From Minutocellus sp. GHC0000111 (taxonomy: Eukaryota): DNA of 64,000 nt. The notes under the pieces were generated by a model. It saw only the letters and a program-made list of their open reading frames with translations, ran no database searches and had not been told where the DNA came from. The stretch spans positions 3,348,001 to 3,412,000 of the forward strand of contig OZ361257.1 of NCBI GenBank assembly GCA_977018835.1, written 5' to 3'. The position numbers and the translations under genes are program-made. Shown here in pieces: positions 36,271 through 48,300 of the stretch; position 1 is the first letter of the stretch, and every line of letters begins with the position of its first letter.

Positions 36271-37771
36271 CTAATTATCCATGGTTGGATCAGCAGGAGG
36301 AGGAGCGATAATTTTCCCATCTATCCGAACCATGCCATTTTCAGTCGGCCTGAAATCCTTTCGCACCCCAACATGAATGCCTTCACCGTTTCCAAGAAAA
36401 TCATTGTTGCCTTTTGCAACGATTACCTTCTTTGCAATTCTATGAGCCTGGATGTATGCCGATGCGATCTTCCAGTTTTCCAGCCCCATCCAAACTTCCT
36501 CCGCTGCATCCCAAGTCTGATCTTCTGTCAAAACCTTCAGCCCCTCCCGATCGCGGCTCAACATTGTATGCCGCTTTGACATGCAAGGGAAAACAGACAG
36601 ATCAAGAACATTCATATGGGGCATTTGCGGGGCCTGAGGTTCCCAACGCCATCCCTTGTCCCGACAGTATCCTTCCACATATTCCACAAATTCAGTCTCG
36701 GCATGGGGCCCAGCATTGTCGCCCTGAAAAATAGGGACAGCCTTCAAACTTTCCACCAGGTCCGACCAAAGCCTCAACATCCGGAAACATCTTGTTCTCA
36801 AATAAAGCTTTCAGTGGGAACTTGGGATTATCAAGGGTGCCATGGCTGCATCCAGTCACCGCGCAATCCACAAGGTATAGATCGTCTTTCTTCCGAACCA
36901 CCGGGCCGCAATATTTGATTCTACCATCTGCCTGCCGCACCGCCTCCCTTACCATCTGCCTCGCAATTTTATGCGCCTGAGCCCGAAAAAGTCCAAGCTT
37001 GAACGCAATGCCGCCATTCTCAATGCTGTCAATAAAAGCCAAGGCAGTGACAGCCACCACCATGCACTTGTTGATGTGATTTCGGTGATATGCCGAGAAG
37101 GACCGAGGATCAATACCCAATTCTGCAACTTGCTTGGCATACGATCGAAGAACCAAGCCCCAAAACCACTTCTCATCGAACATAATAAGGAGAAACTTGC
37201 CACCGCCGAGCCCCCAATTGTTTCGGAATTTCCGCGCAAATACCAAATGTTTCTCCATCTGATGGGTAGTAAGGAGAGGGATGATCCTTTCGGCATAGTA
37301 CCGGAACCCTTCCCGCGACATTATCCACCGCCGTATTGCCGAGTAGGAACACCAAAAGTTGACATCCACCTCCAGCTCCCGCCAAGATTCCCGAGGAATT
37401 CGTATCAGAGCATCAACAATAACATCTCGAATGTATGGCTGCATAGCCAGATGAGATCTCCTCTTCATCTCCCACATCGCCTTCTCAGATGCAGGTAGAG
37501 CACCATACGCCTTCATCCATCCCGAAAATCGTGCACCATGCTCTGCGCTGGACATCACCGAATAGTCCACCTTTGCCTGCTCCCTGCACTTGGCAATTGC
37601 AAAGAGACATGGTGCAGTATGCCGCCGGGTCGCCGTTGCAAGATCGTCGATGACAGAACGGAAGGCGGCCGAATCAGATGAATCATCGGCACTCGTTGGG
37701 AAGCAGTATACCGGTCCGAGTATGCCGATCGCGTCATCGAAATGCTCAGCTTCGACTTCCGCCCGAGACAC
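36271..37771 (-). mobile_element. Tc1/mariner (plant-mariner-like) transposase, frameshifted near 36740
   Basis: MFDEKWFWG (D1), QGDNAGPH (D2), PQMPHMNVLDLSVF (D3). Confidence 0.9.
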
Positions 37772-37779
37772 AAATCGAT

Positions 37780-38110
37780 TTTGAACACATACTCACCGCT
37801 GTCTTGGCCATCATCATTGACCAGGAGAAAACTCTCAAGATTGACGGGCCCGAGGATTTTGAGAAGCACATGCTCCTCAATGTCGTCAGTCGACTCGTCT
37901 GCCGGGCGATAAGGGCCGAGAACATGCCCCTCGACATGGATGATGTCGTGGCAATAACTGAATCGGTGTACGACAAGGCCGCGGAGATGTTCCACTCCTC
38001 AGTTACCTTCATCTACAAGTTCAACGGCGTGAAGCGGGAGCTAAAGAAGCTCAAGCTCATCCCGGATTGGCTGTGGTGCGAGATCCGGGACGAATGCATC
38101 GTACTGCCGA
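37780..38110 (+). other. Coding-like gene fragment of unknown origin
   Basis: High-GC3, protein-like frame (HILTAVLAII..KLIPDWLWCE) wedged between transposase and kinase, with no clear start. Confidence 0.45.
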
Positions 38111-38163
38111 TCCGAGGCGAGTATCATGCCATCGTTCAAGATGAAACCATGTACTTGCTTGAA

Positions 38164-40054
38164 TCAATCAAATATCTTCTTGTCAAGACGACAAACCACG
38201 TCCTCATCGCCAGCTTTCGGCTTAGCAACCTCCAAATGCTCAAAGAGCGGAGAGGTCGCAAGCTCGGCTGCTGTAGCGCGGTCGGTTGGGTCGATCCGGA
38301 CCATGGATAGAAATGCATTGAGCCTTGGATCACTGGTACAGGATTCACCTCCGCAGATCTTTCTCCGTAGCTCAATCATGGCTTTGCTATGGCCATGCTG
38401 AATAGAGTAGAGTGTCCAATCTGCGAGGAAAAAGCTGCTTTCAACAATCATGGATAGAAATTTGATAGTAATGCCACTGGTATCGGCAGGCCAGCCTTCC
38501 TCGGCCTTACTAGCTTGACGATAGATTACAAGATCATCTCGCGTACTGAAGAGTACAAAATATCCGTAAATCAATCGGCATAGGCGATGATCCGGAACTA
38601 GCTCGAATAAATAATCGTCGATGCACTCTTCGGCCTTAAACCCACGCACAATAAATTCATCGTGTGGCTCGCCCAAGTACGCTTGGAGCATCATGAGACC
38701 AGCGGCAAAGATATCCGAACAGGATCCAGCAGGGGCAAAGGGTCCCTCGAAGAAGTATTCGGGCGGACGGTAGATGGGAGTCCCACTGATAGTGTCATTG
38801 TAAATCTGTACCCCGGGCATCGCGGAACCCAGGTCGCAAATTTTCAGGACGGACATGGGCCTAGGTAGGGACATGGAGTAGTACTTGTCGCCGAGTTGGT
38901 ACTGGAACTTAGCCTTGGCTAATTTGCTATTCCCAGCAGTAGAATTGGCCACCATCAGGTTCGTTGGCTTGAGATCGAGATGGTACATGTCGAAGACGGA
39001 GTGCATGTAAGCCAGCGCACAAAAAAGCTGGAGGAAGTATTGGTCAACCTCAGGGAAAATCGATGTAGGGTCAAGGGGTGTTGCAAAGAAAGAAAAAACT
39101 TCGTCCAGCGTAAAGATGGCCTTCTCCATCCGGAAGGCAACGACATCCTCTGGAAAGAAACGCCGGCAGGTCTGAGCACGAAAGATCCCATCTATGAGAA
39201 GGAAATTAGGTACCGAGGCTCGGTGGGCGCTGAAAAGAACGGAGGTGAGGATCTCTTGAAGTATAAGAAGGTCTGTATGGAGTTTAGGAAAAGTGTTGCC
39301 ATCTTCTTCCTGCTTCCGGAAAACAGCAAGCGCTTTGCCTTGGTCTTCTAGGACAAGCTTGAATCCTCCACGGCCAAGGACACGAGAGATAGAACGGGTA
39401 GAAGTATCACGGTATGGAAGCCGCTTCAAATCGAGTACAGCCCTGTCATTATTAGTAGCAAGTTGGTTGGCAAGCTTGATCACAGCTTTTGTGGTTGGGC
39501 AAGAATTTATTTTGGAAGCAGCTGATAGTAGATACGATACCCGCGCCGTTGCTTTCTTCCTTCAAGCGGATATGAAATGGATTCGTTGGGAAAGATGTAA
39601 GTGGTAGGTGAGCGGTACAATTGTAGGTACTGAAGCTACAAATATAGCAAGCACGGTGGCAGGTCAACACTCGTACCACTGAATCGAACGATTGCACGTA
39701 CAGTACCTGAAGTACACCTTCATTGGGGTCCTCACCGGATTCTTCGGAATCGTCGCTTCCGCTGCTCCTGCTGCTGGTCGGCTCACGCATGGTGACAGTG
39801 GTATCGCCTCGAGCGTTGGCCGATAACATGGAAATGTCGGCGTTGCTCATCTCGCTAGCCGGAGTAACGGACATGATTGCCGAGGCATCCTGCATGCACT
39901 CATCCATCTTATCTTCCATCTGATTGGGAAGTACTCGCCGAGAACGTAGGTTGCCATTTGCAATGCAGGCCAGAGGCGCGACTGATTTCTTCGGCGCGAT
40001 GGGCAGGGCGGCTTGACCGCTAGCTCTGTTCGTAATGTCGGCACCAAAGGGCAT
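38164..40054 (-). CDS. Divergent Ser/Thr protein kinase; probable intron ~39706-39560, junction not resolved
   Basis: LGRGGFKLV, YHLDLKPTN, ICDLG, GTPIYRPPE, DIFAAG. Confidence 0.8.
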
Positions 40055-40374
40055 GGTTGTAGAGAGTTACGAGATTGTACGTTGAGATGATTTGACTTGA
40101 CTTGGGGAACTTCGTATGATTAATGACAGCAGGGTTGTACGTGCGATGTGCCAATAAAATGGATCGATTTGATAAAACTGACAAAGGTGCATGAAAATCT
40201 TTGCCGATGTGTCACTGGCACAGTTTGCCTCTTTCGGTACTGAGACAGAGATTGATGTAACGGATAATCCCCATCAAGTTTCAGATACACCCTTCCTTTA
40301 TTTGATGCAAGTTCGTTCATTGATAAAAGCTAATGATCAGATATTCTACCTACCAAGCATGGCCGCGTCTGTGA

Positions 40375-41121
40375 TTATTCATCTGCATTTTTTCCATCGC
40401 CATTCCGATTCTCCTTCCACTTTTGATTTTGCTGGGCAATGTAATCATCAAAGTCAAAGCTCTCGGGCTTCTTATTGAAGGCATGGATATTCGTGAACAA
40501 CTCATCCTTTCCGTAGGCATCCAGAAGCGAGTTGACACATCGCAACCCCTCATCGTCCTCAATTCCCTTATTGATCACGTCAACCCGAACCAGACCGATG
40601 TCAAACTCATCCGCCAGATCGTCAAACACACTGAACGTAATGAGAGGCTGAGCTCGCGCCGGGTCCATCTTATAGTCCTCCAGATATGCCAACAAAAAGT
40701 GACTGGGCGACTGAAATTGCGACACCAGCGTAAAGTATCCATCCTCCCGAAAGATGGGCTGGATGAAGAACGGACACAGAGCGGCACGAGACAGAACGCT
40801 CTTGGCGGTCTTGCCCTCGATGACGGTGCCGTCCATGTGTTCCTTGGTTTCGTGATATCCAAGCCAGAGATCCTGGACGTCTTGCGATTTGAACTTCTTC
40901 TCCTTGATCATGTCGAGCTTCATGATCTCGTCGAGCTTGCGTGGGCCGGCGAAGCTGAAGTCGCTGAGGGAGCGGGTCTGGTGATGGTGTTTGTTATTGA
41001 TGCTGGGGGTGCCGGTGCATGATGTGTCGGAGGTTGCAGCGGCGGCAGCTGGAAGCTTCCGCCGGGCCGCGGTGGCACTTCGAGAGGCCAGGCGAGATGC
41101 AAAGAAGGTCAGGGAGGACAT
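40375..41121 (-). CDS. ATP11: Mitochondrial F1-ATPase assembly factor ATP11
   Basis: Mitochondrial-type presequence; PRKLDEIMKLD..DLWLGYH, PFFIQPIFREDGY..QF, FNKKPESFDF. Confidence 0.85.
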   Translation of the reverse strand: MSSLTFFASRLASRSATAARRKLPAAAAATSDTSCTGTPSINNKHHHQTRSLSDFSFAGPRKLDEIMKLDMIKEKKFKSQDVQDLWLGYHETKEHMDGTVIEGKTAKSVLSRAALCPFFIQPIFREDGYFTLVSQFQSPSHFLLAYLEDYKMDPARAQPLITFSVFDDLADEFDIGLVRVDVINKGIEDDEGLRCVNSLLDAYGKDELFTNIHAFNKKPESFDFDDYIAQQNQKWKENRNGDGKNADE

Positions 41122-41339
41122 GGTGTCGGTGCGATAGGTGAGTTACTGCCGGTATCGGTAATGCCGGTACACGTACGAGTAGTCACTCCCAGTTCGAGCA
41201 GCATGACATGACGGATGGACGGACAGATCATCTCCTGGAAAAGATACGGCAAAGGGTTATGAGCCGCGGCCGAGATGGCATTTGACATCCGCCGCGTATC
41301 TTGCTTTGAGAGCGCGTTGCTGGTGGAACAACCAGGTCG

Positions 41340-42065
41340 ATGTCAAAGTATTACCACAGAGATGTTCTAGGCAAGAGGATTTGGTATCGGCACACCGATG
41401 GAGAGTTTTATCAAGGTCTCGTGAAAAAACTTCGTGAAGAAATCGAGTGGAAGAAATCTTCAAGTTCGGATCCATCTTCACTATCGTCAACCATAACGCA
41501 TTATGTCGAGTATGACGGCGGTGACGAAGGCTGGTTTGACCTTGTTGAACTGGAACGAGATGGTGGAATTAGGTGGTCAGATCCATCGGTCGGTGGAGCT
41601 TCGAAGAAACGCAAAAAGCAAACTGTCGAAGATGATGTCTCTGATGAGGGTCTACTAGGGGAGAAAAAGAAGCCTGCCGAGGTGCAAGTAGACATCTCTT
41701 CAAGCGAAGAAGAGAAAGACGCCGCAAATGACGCAAAGAAACAATATCTGGCGAGTACGGACGATAGTGATGGCAAAAGCAGTAGCAGCAGCGACGAAAG
41801 TGAGTACCAGTTCAGCTCGATCCGCAATGAGAGCGCGAAGAATTGGATCAGAAAATTAAATCTACTTAATTCCTATGGCACGGGAGAGGACGGCATGAAA
41901 TCCATCAATGAAGCAACTTACGTACCACCCAGCAGTTTTGAGCTAATATTCTATCTGGCAGATTATCTCTTTCCTGGAAATGAATATCATCGACGCTTAT
42001 TTGAATCAGATTCCAGACCCGGAAACAAAGTTCGGGTTGAGCTTAGGAAAATAAATAAAAAATAA
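41340..42065 (+). CDS. Hypothetical protein with N-terminal Tudor-like domain, possibly truncated by a stop
   Basis: VLGKRIWY..FYQGLV..HYVEYDGGDEGWFDL. Confidence 0.6.
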   Translation: MSKYYHRDVLGKRIWYRHTDGEFYQGLVKKLREEIEWKKSSSSDPSSLSSTITHYVEYDGGDEGWFDLVELERDGGIRWSDPSVGGASKKRKKQTVEDDVSDEGLLGEKKKPAEVQVDISSSEEEKDAANDAKKQYLASTDDSDGKSSSSSDESEYQFSSIRNESAKNWIRKLNLLNSYGTGEDGMKSINEATYVPPSSFELIFYLADYLFPGNEYHRRLFESDSRPGNKVRVELRKINKK

Positions 42066-42241
42066 AGACAATCCTTTGGTTTCTTGGCATGAGCGCGGAA
42101 AAGAGTGGACCCCTCCTTCCAAGGCTGCTTTGGTCGGTATCATTGGCATTATTTGGAAGGTCCAATTGAATACGTTATAGGTATTGAGGATAAGGTCAGC
42201 GAAAAGTTGATTACCATGGACTCTAACTTGAGATCTTGAAT

Positions 42242-43748
42242 TTATTTCGTCTTATTCTTCTGTACACGAGCATTTCGATCGTTGGCCCGGCAATTATAGC
42301 ACATGTCTCGATCAATGCACTGGCTACACAGGATACTCTTGCACACGCGACACACAGAATGGCATCTCGCTTCTGGGCAAATACAATTGGTACATTCGCT
42401 ACAACCATACAAATGCTCATCGCAAAAGAGGGCAGCACATTCGCTGCATCTTGAAAGACAACTTCTACATGCGTTGGTATCGCAGTAAGAACAAATTGTG
42501 ACCCCATTACAATTCTCACAGGATTGAAAGTTGCAGCATCCTTCGCAAACCACAAGGCCTATATCGTTTTCGTTATCGCAGTGTTGGCAACTGGTTTCCG
42601 AACCACAGCCATCATCACATTTTTCAATACCGCTGCAGGGAGCCGAGCAGTAAACTCGAGCACAGGCTTTGCAAGCAACCATAAAATGGCACTTGGTACA
42701 TTTCTGGTCACCACAATCATGGCATGTATTAACCGAAGGGCAATTATTTTGATGACAAGAAATTTTCCTGCACCCGTAACAGACCATTTCGACGGCAATG
42801 TCTTTTAAGGCGCCTGGCATGTGATGAGATGGGGAAACCGGAAAGTGTTCAGGTTCAAACCATTGCGACCATTTCTCCTTGTATTTCTCATATGTCTTGC
42901 ACAGTTTGCAAACTCCAGCCATTTTCGCTTCATTAGGCAACCTGATCTGATCAGCAACATCTCGGTTGCAATGACCACACGGTGTAAAATTATGCCTCAT
43001 ATCTTCAGCAAGGTTGATACGAAACGTTTGTAGCATCTTCCCTATTGTACGATCGTAGTTTTTGCCTTCAGTCATAAATGGGTACTTACGTGTAGTATTT
43101 TCCATTAGCTGGTGGATCGAAAATGGCCCAGCTAACATTAAGAGCCCACCGCTTGCCGTGGTCCTTTCCGCTAGAGGTGCTAGGCTCATCACGACGGCGA
43201 AGATTGTGTCAACATCTGGAGCTGAAATAATGATACTGTCGTATTCGTCTACGGAGAATCTCAAGTCTAATGACCGAAGGAACTTTGAGCCCATCAGCGG
43301 GGCAAGTCCAGAACCAGTGACCAGCTTGCAGCCAGCTAGTATCAGCGCCTCTGTGTTGTTCTTGCCATTAGTCCGTCGAAGCAATGCCTCAAGAGAAGCG
43401 TCGGTGAGCCGCTCTTTCATTACAAGTAGTGGCTTCACGTGCGATTCGCTCAACGGCTCGTATCTGCTCTTTTTGCCATCATAGCGAAGGGCATCAAGAG
43501 GTCTATTGCGATCAGCCCCAACCCTGCTGAAATCGATTATCTTCCAAAGGTGACGACACTCCTTCGACCGATAAATTTTGTGCTGGAAAAACTTGTTGGT
43601 GCTGGCCAGTTTGATCCGCGATGGTAGATCGTTGTTGCCAATCAGAGCCAATATTTTTTGCGAAGGGACCATCGGGGAGTGATTCAAGATCGGAACGATT
43701 CGTGTCTATGGGCAGTGGGGCGGCTTTCAGGGAGGAGGCATCCGTCAT
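42242..43748 (-). CDS. F-box/LRR-like protein with Cys-rich C-terminus; frameshift near 43665
   Basis: LESLPDGP joins ..KILALI..LW..IDFS across a 1-nt shift. Also LILAGCKLVTGSGLAPL and many CxxC pairs. Confidence 0.7.
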
Positions 43749-44054
43749 GGTGCAGCAGTTGCTTCTCGTCATAAGGAAGAAATGGCGAGACGGGCGAGAG
43801 TGACGAACGACGGACAGATCTCAATTGCTCGGGCGGGATTTCGGGCTGGCTGCAAGCTGCAAGCAACGCACTATGCAAAGGCAAGCAGCAGCACTCGGCG
43901 AGACAGCATCTACATCACATGTACGTGTAATCTGGCCTTCTTCTCTACAACAAACCCGCATCTGAGCCTGCCAAGAGTTAGATATTACCAATTTTATCTA
44001 TTACAAAACATCATCCCCATGATCTTGAACGTTGTCCCCCCGATCAGTTCAATT

Positions 44055-44254
44055 NNNNNNNNNNNNNNNNNNNNNNNNNNNNNNNNNNNNNNNNNNNNNN
44101 NNNNNNNNNNNNNNNNNNNNNNNNNNNNNNNNNNNNNNNNNNNNNNNNNNNNNNNNNNNNNNNNNNNNNNNNNNNNNNNNNNNNNNNNNNNNNNNNNNNN
44201 NNNNNNNNNNNNNNNNNNNNNNNNNNNNNNNNNNNNNNNNNNNNNNNNNNNNNN
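44055..44254. other. Assembly gap (200 N)
   Basis: Run of N. Confidence 1.
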
Positions 44255-45264
44255 TGTTTGATATGGACACCACCAGCAGCGATGCGGCACCGAAGAGTCT
44301 GGCCAAGTTGCCTCTTAATCCTTACCCGATCCATCATCCAGCGGAGATGGACGTTGCCATTATGCATCTGCAAGGAGAAGACTCTGCTCTCAAGACGCTG
44401 AAATCGTTGGGCGTCGAACCGCTCTACCTAAGAAGTGATGACAAGGCCTTTGAGAGGGATCAGACGGTCTACTTTGAGGGTTTCGAGGTTGCCGAAGAGG
44501 CTGCTGATCACATGGCAGCGATGGAGTTGGCTCCAAGTGAAGGCAGCACTTCGCAAAGCAATAAACCAGACGATGATACTCGAATTTTCAATCCTTTCAA
44601 GGAGACAGGAAGTTTGTTTTATGCGTCTCCAGAAAGATTTCTTGCCAAGACGGAACGACCACTGCCAGAGGGTTTGTGCGGTGGTCCAGCTCTCGATACC
44701 GAGGGCAATGTTGCAGGTATTGTGGAAGGCATTGTCCCACTGAATCACGAAGACAAACGCTTGGCAGGTGCCGCAGCATTCCTCCCATCGCCGGTATTGC
44801 GGGAATTCATCACATGGGCTGAAAGAGCGATGCTGCAACAGATTGTACCCGAGCAGCTATTCAATAAGATTGTTGATCTCAAGGATGGCAAGGCATTGAA
44901 TGAGGAGGGAACCACTGTGACATCTCCCACCTCCATGCCCGGCGATGCGGAACGCAGTGGTGTCGAGGCGATGAACGAAGAGGCCGACAATCTGGAAAGG
45001 GCATACGAGGAAATGATGTCGAGTTTGAGCAAGACCCATACACCGGAGCAGGTCGCGGCCATCAAGGCCACCGTCGAACGAGAGCAACAAGAAGTTATGG
45101 ACATAATGTCCACCGAGGGAGGGGATTTAGACGAAGCCATTACACGAGTTCGAGCAAGAACTCGAAAACGGCAAGAAGAAATCATGCGAGAGGCAGCTGA
45201 TGCCATTCAAGATGCAGAAATCATTTCTGAAACAACCGATGGCGATGAAAGGAAGAAGGCGTAG
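44255..45264 (+). CDS. Trypsin-fold peptidase-like protein, 5' part lost in gap
   Basis: HHPAEMDVAIMHL and GLCGGPALDTEGNVAGIV. Confidence 0.7.
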
Positions 45265-45327
45265 CAACTTCTCAATAAGTAGATAGATGCGTTAGGAGCT
45301 CAAATTTGTCTTTTCTATTGTATTCAT

Positions 45328-48300
45328 TTACACAGCGTTTTGATCGTCATTTTCTTCGCTTGGTGGAGGAGACGGTCCTCTCATGCTACTCTCTTCGTAG
45401 GAGCTGACTTTCTTAGGAAGTACAGTGCGCCCACTGGAATCATACTCAGCAAACGTATCCCCTGAAAAAGACATTGTTGTTTCCGCTGCCGCTGCTGGCA
45501 CTGCTTCTACCTTTACCGTATGAGGACGATGCACGAAGGTTGGGTTTAATACCAGAAATATGCACAGTGCTACCTGCACTGGAAAGTCGGCTGGGGTTGC
45601 GACTGGATGGCAGGCAACAGCCAAGAGATTGCAGCATTTTGCTACCAACGACGGTCGCAACCATTGAAACAGCGAACGTCCAAATTATAAGTACTCGACC
45701 GAGATAAGTGGCATCTGCAGAAACGTTGTCGACAATTATGAGGATCGGAATGCCAACAAACCAAATCTCGACTTGGAAAATGATGGCAAAGAAGATGGAC
45801 GTGGTCTCGGAATATTTGCTTGATACGTCTCTTGTTTTCCATGCCATTGCACATGCCAAGAGTGTGGCCGTAATCATTAGAACTACAAGTGGGACGAGAT
45901 AGGCGGTAATGTTCTCGCTGGTGCATTTGCCGAATGTTTCGCCGGTATCGTCGTTGATAGTCTCGCGCTCCCATGTCCAAGGGTCGACGGCGGTCCAGAC
46001 CGCGAGGATGATAATGGCCAGGAGCGTCAGTGCAATGGCGGGAGCAATCACGTGATGAGCCTTGACTTGTCGTCGCCGAAATTGCAGGACATTGTGGAGT
46101 CGCTGGAGCTTGCTGAAAAGGCTCATATAGGAAATGATGTACCCTGAAACGAAGAACCACGGAGTTGCCGTGCAGAGCATGCTCAAAGTCTCGACGGAAG
46201 TTCCGTAGCTCTCGTCAAAGGATAGAGTAACGATTGACACGAGGCTGACAAGGGAGCCAACGCAGAGGGCATAAAGAAATTCTGGCTGAGCCGAACGCAC
46301 CGTACTCGTTTTTCGATTGATAAACGTCCACAGGGCCAGTCCGATGTATATGAAGGCTGCTATTCCAAAGAGGGCAAAGCCACCGGCCCTCACCGAGGAA
46401 GACAGATAATTATTCTCAAAGACTTGACGGGCTGGCCAGGGCTGCGATGTGGTACCATCGGCGTAGATGAAGGGCGAGTCAGGAAGCTGTTCCCAGCCAT
46501 TGCCAGGAGTCTTCTTGGCGGTGAGAGCATACTTGTACGACCTGGCCGTGTAGATATCTGCGGCATCGTCCTCCGAAGCAACGACCTGGATCGGCCGGAA
46601 GTTGTACACGCCGAAGCCAATGGTCTCATCGTCTCGGGTGAAGATAAATCCATCATCGAGCTTGACAAATCCCGACGCTCCATCAAAGGTAACCTTGACG
46701 GTTTCGTTGTACTGCAGGTTGCTGCCGGGACGGTGAACGTATCCACTCTGAAGTCTTCTGGATGATCCGTCTTGGTCCACTTCGACTTCTTCAAAATCTT
46801 CCGACCACGTTGGGATCTTGGCAAGCTCTCTCCGCCTGCTGCCTGTGCCACCGCCGTCGGCCTCGTTGTTTTCACCATGGTTCTCCACCTCATCATCTGC
46901 ATTTGCCTCCTCCATTTCTCGCAGTATCTTTTGCGTCCGACAGGCACCCATGCCTAAAGCAATGACTGTATCGTACATGAAGGTCGAAGATGGCATTGGT
47001 GGGTACCGTTCATCCTGAAAGTAGTCGTCTTCCGCAAAGAAATATCCAGCCTTGTCCGGCGTAATTGGGTTAATGGAATTGACCCGTTTCACAAACGTGG
47101 CATCCTTGCTCTTCCAACTTGCGAGGAATTTGTTTTCTTCATCAGCGCCCATCCAATCGTACCCATCGAGCACCCGCACGGCACCCATCCCCCTCACCAA
47201 CTTGTCCATCTCGGACCCCTCACTTGTCTCGGTTTGCGCCAGCACATCAATATCGGTGGTATCCCACACCATCCACAGATAATCATCCCCATTGACGCCC
47301 CACCGCTCGGCCTCACGGGCAATGTGCTCCCAGTGACTTAGTCGTGGCAGGGCCAGCACAATGGTTTTGAATCCACTGTCTTTGATGCGCCGCATGGCGT
47401 CATACGGTGAGTTGGCACCGGTACCGTCCCACGGGGGACTGACCGGTTCGTATCGCAGCTCGACGTTGTGGTCCTTGGCCGCCTTGGACGTGACCTTGAG
47501 CACGTCCTCGTTGGTGTGCGAATACACCAACGTGACGTGGTTGCGATCCAAGCTGGACAGGTACGAGTTTTGGTGGTATTTTCGACGCGCTAACAAAATG
47601 CTAGTCATTCACGATTGCCTCCGGGTTCTATTTTCGACGGGCGGGGGTTGGACGGACATATCTCCACCCATCGTTCGTTGCCATGGCCGCCACCGGTACC
47701 GAAATGTCCGCGTTGACGAGGCGGATAAGAGTAGCACATCAGTTATGCTCGGCGATATGCTCGTTGTACATCTAGCATCGCTTTTCTAACTTTGGAAAAG
47801 TGGTCCGAAAGTGGTCCGGCAAGTTCCAACTCCACTACTTCTCCCCCAGTTGGACGCAAACACAAAACGATGGGCCCATCGTGTCGTGCGTGATCTTCTC
47901 GACAAGAAGCAGTCCTTGGTTGGGTGCGTCCGACCCGTCTATCGCGAGATTGGCCTCCTAGTAGAAGAGGCAGCTATCATTTCAAAATTTGCACCGATTT
48001 TTGGCTGTATTGGAGGCGGCCGTTGGCGGGCTCTGGCCATCGCAGATGCCGCCGAATTGGTGGGATGGACGGTCCTTGCATAGGAGTTGGCGGCCGTATG
48101 TCAGTGGTGGTACCATGGCCGATCCATACCGTCCGACGCTCGTGATTCAGATGCACTATGACAGAGGATGATTCTGAAGTGATCCATGGTAGCAGCAGTG
48201 CCATTTCGGTCCCAGCAGCTACTTTCGCTGCCATATTCCTTTCTCAGACGGCCTTCTCGATGAAGTATACTGCTGTTGAATCGAGCGAGATCTATCAGAC

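Noticed and set aside
37555..37995. Minus-strand ORF as transposase N-terminus
   Set aside because: Codon pattern favours the plus strand as coding beyond about 37780.
43782..44373. ORFs spanning the N run
   Set aside because: Artefacts of the assembly gap.
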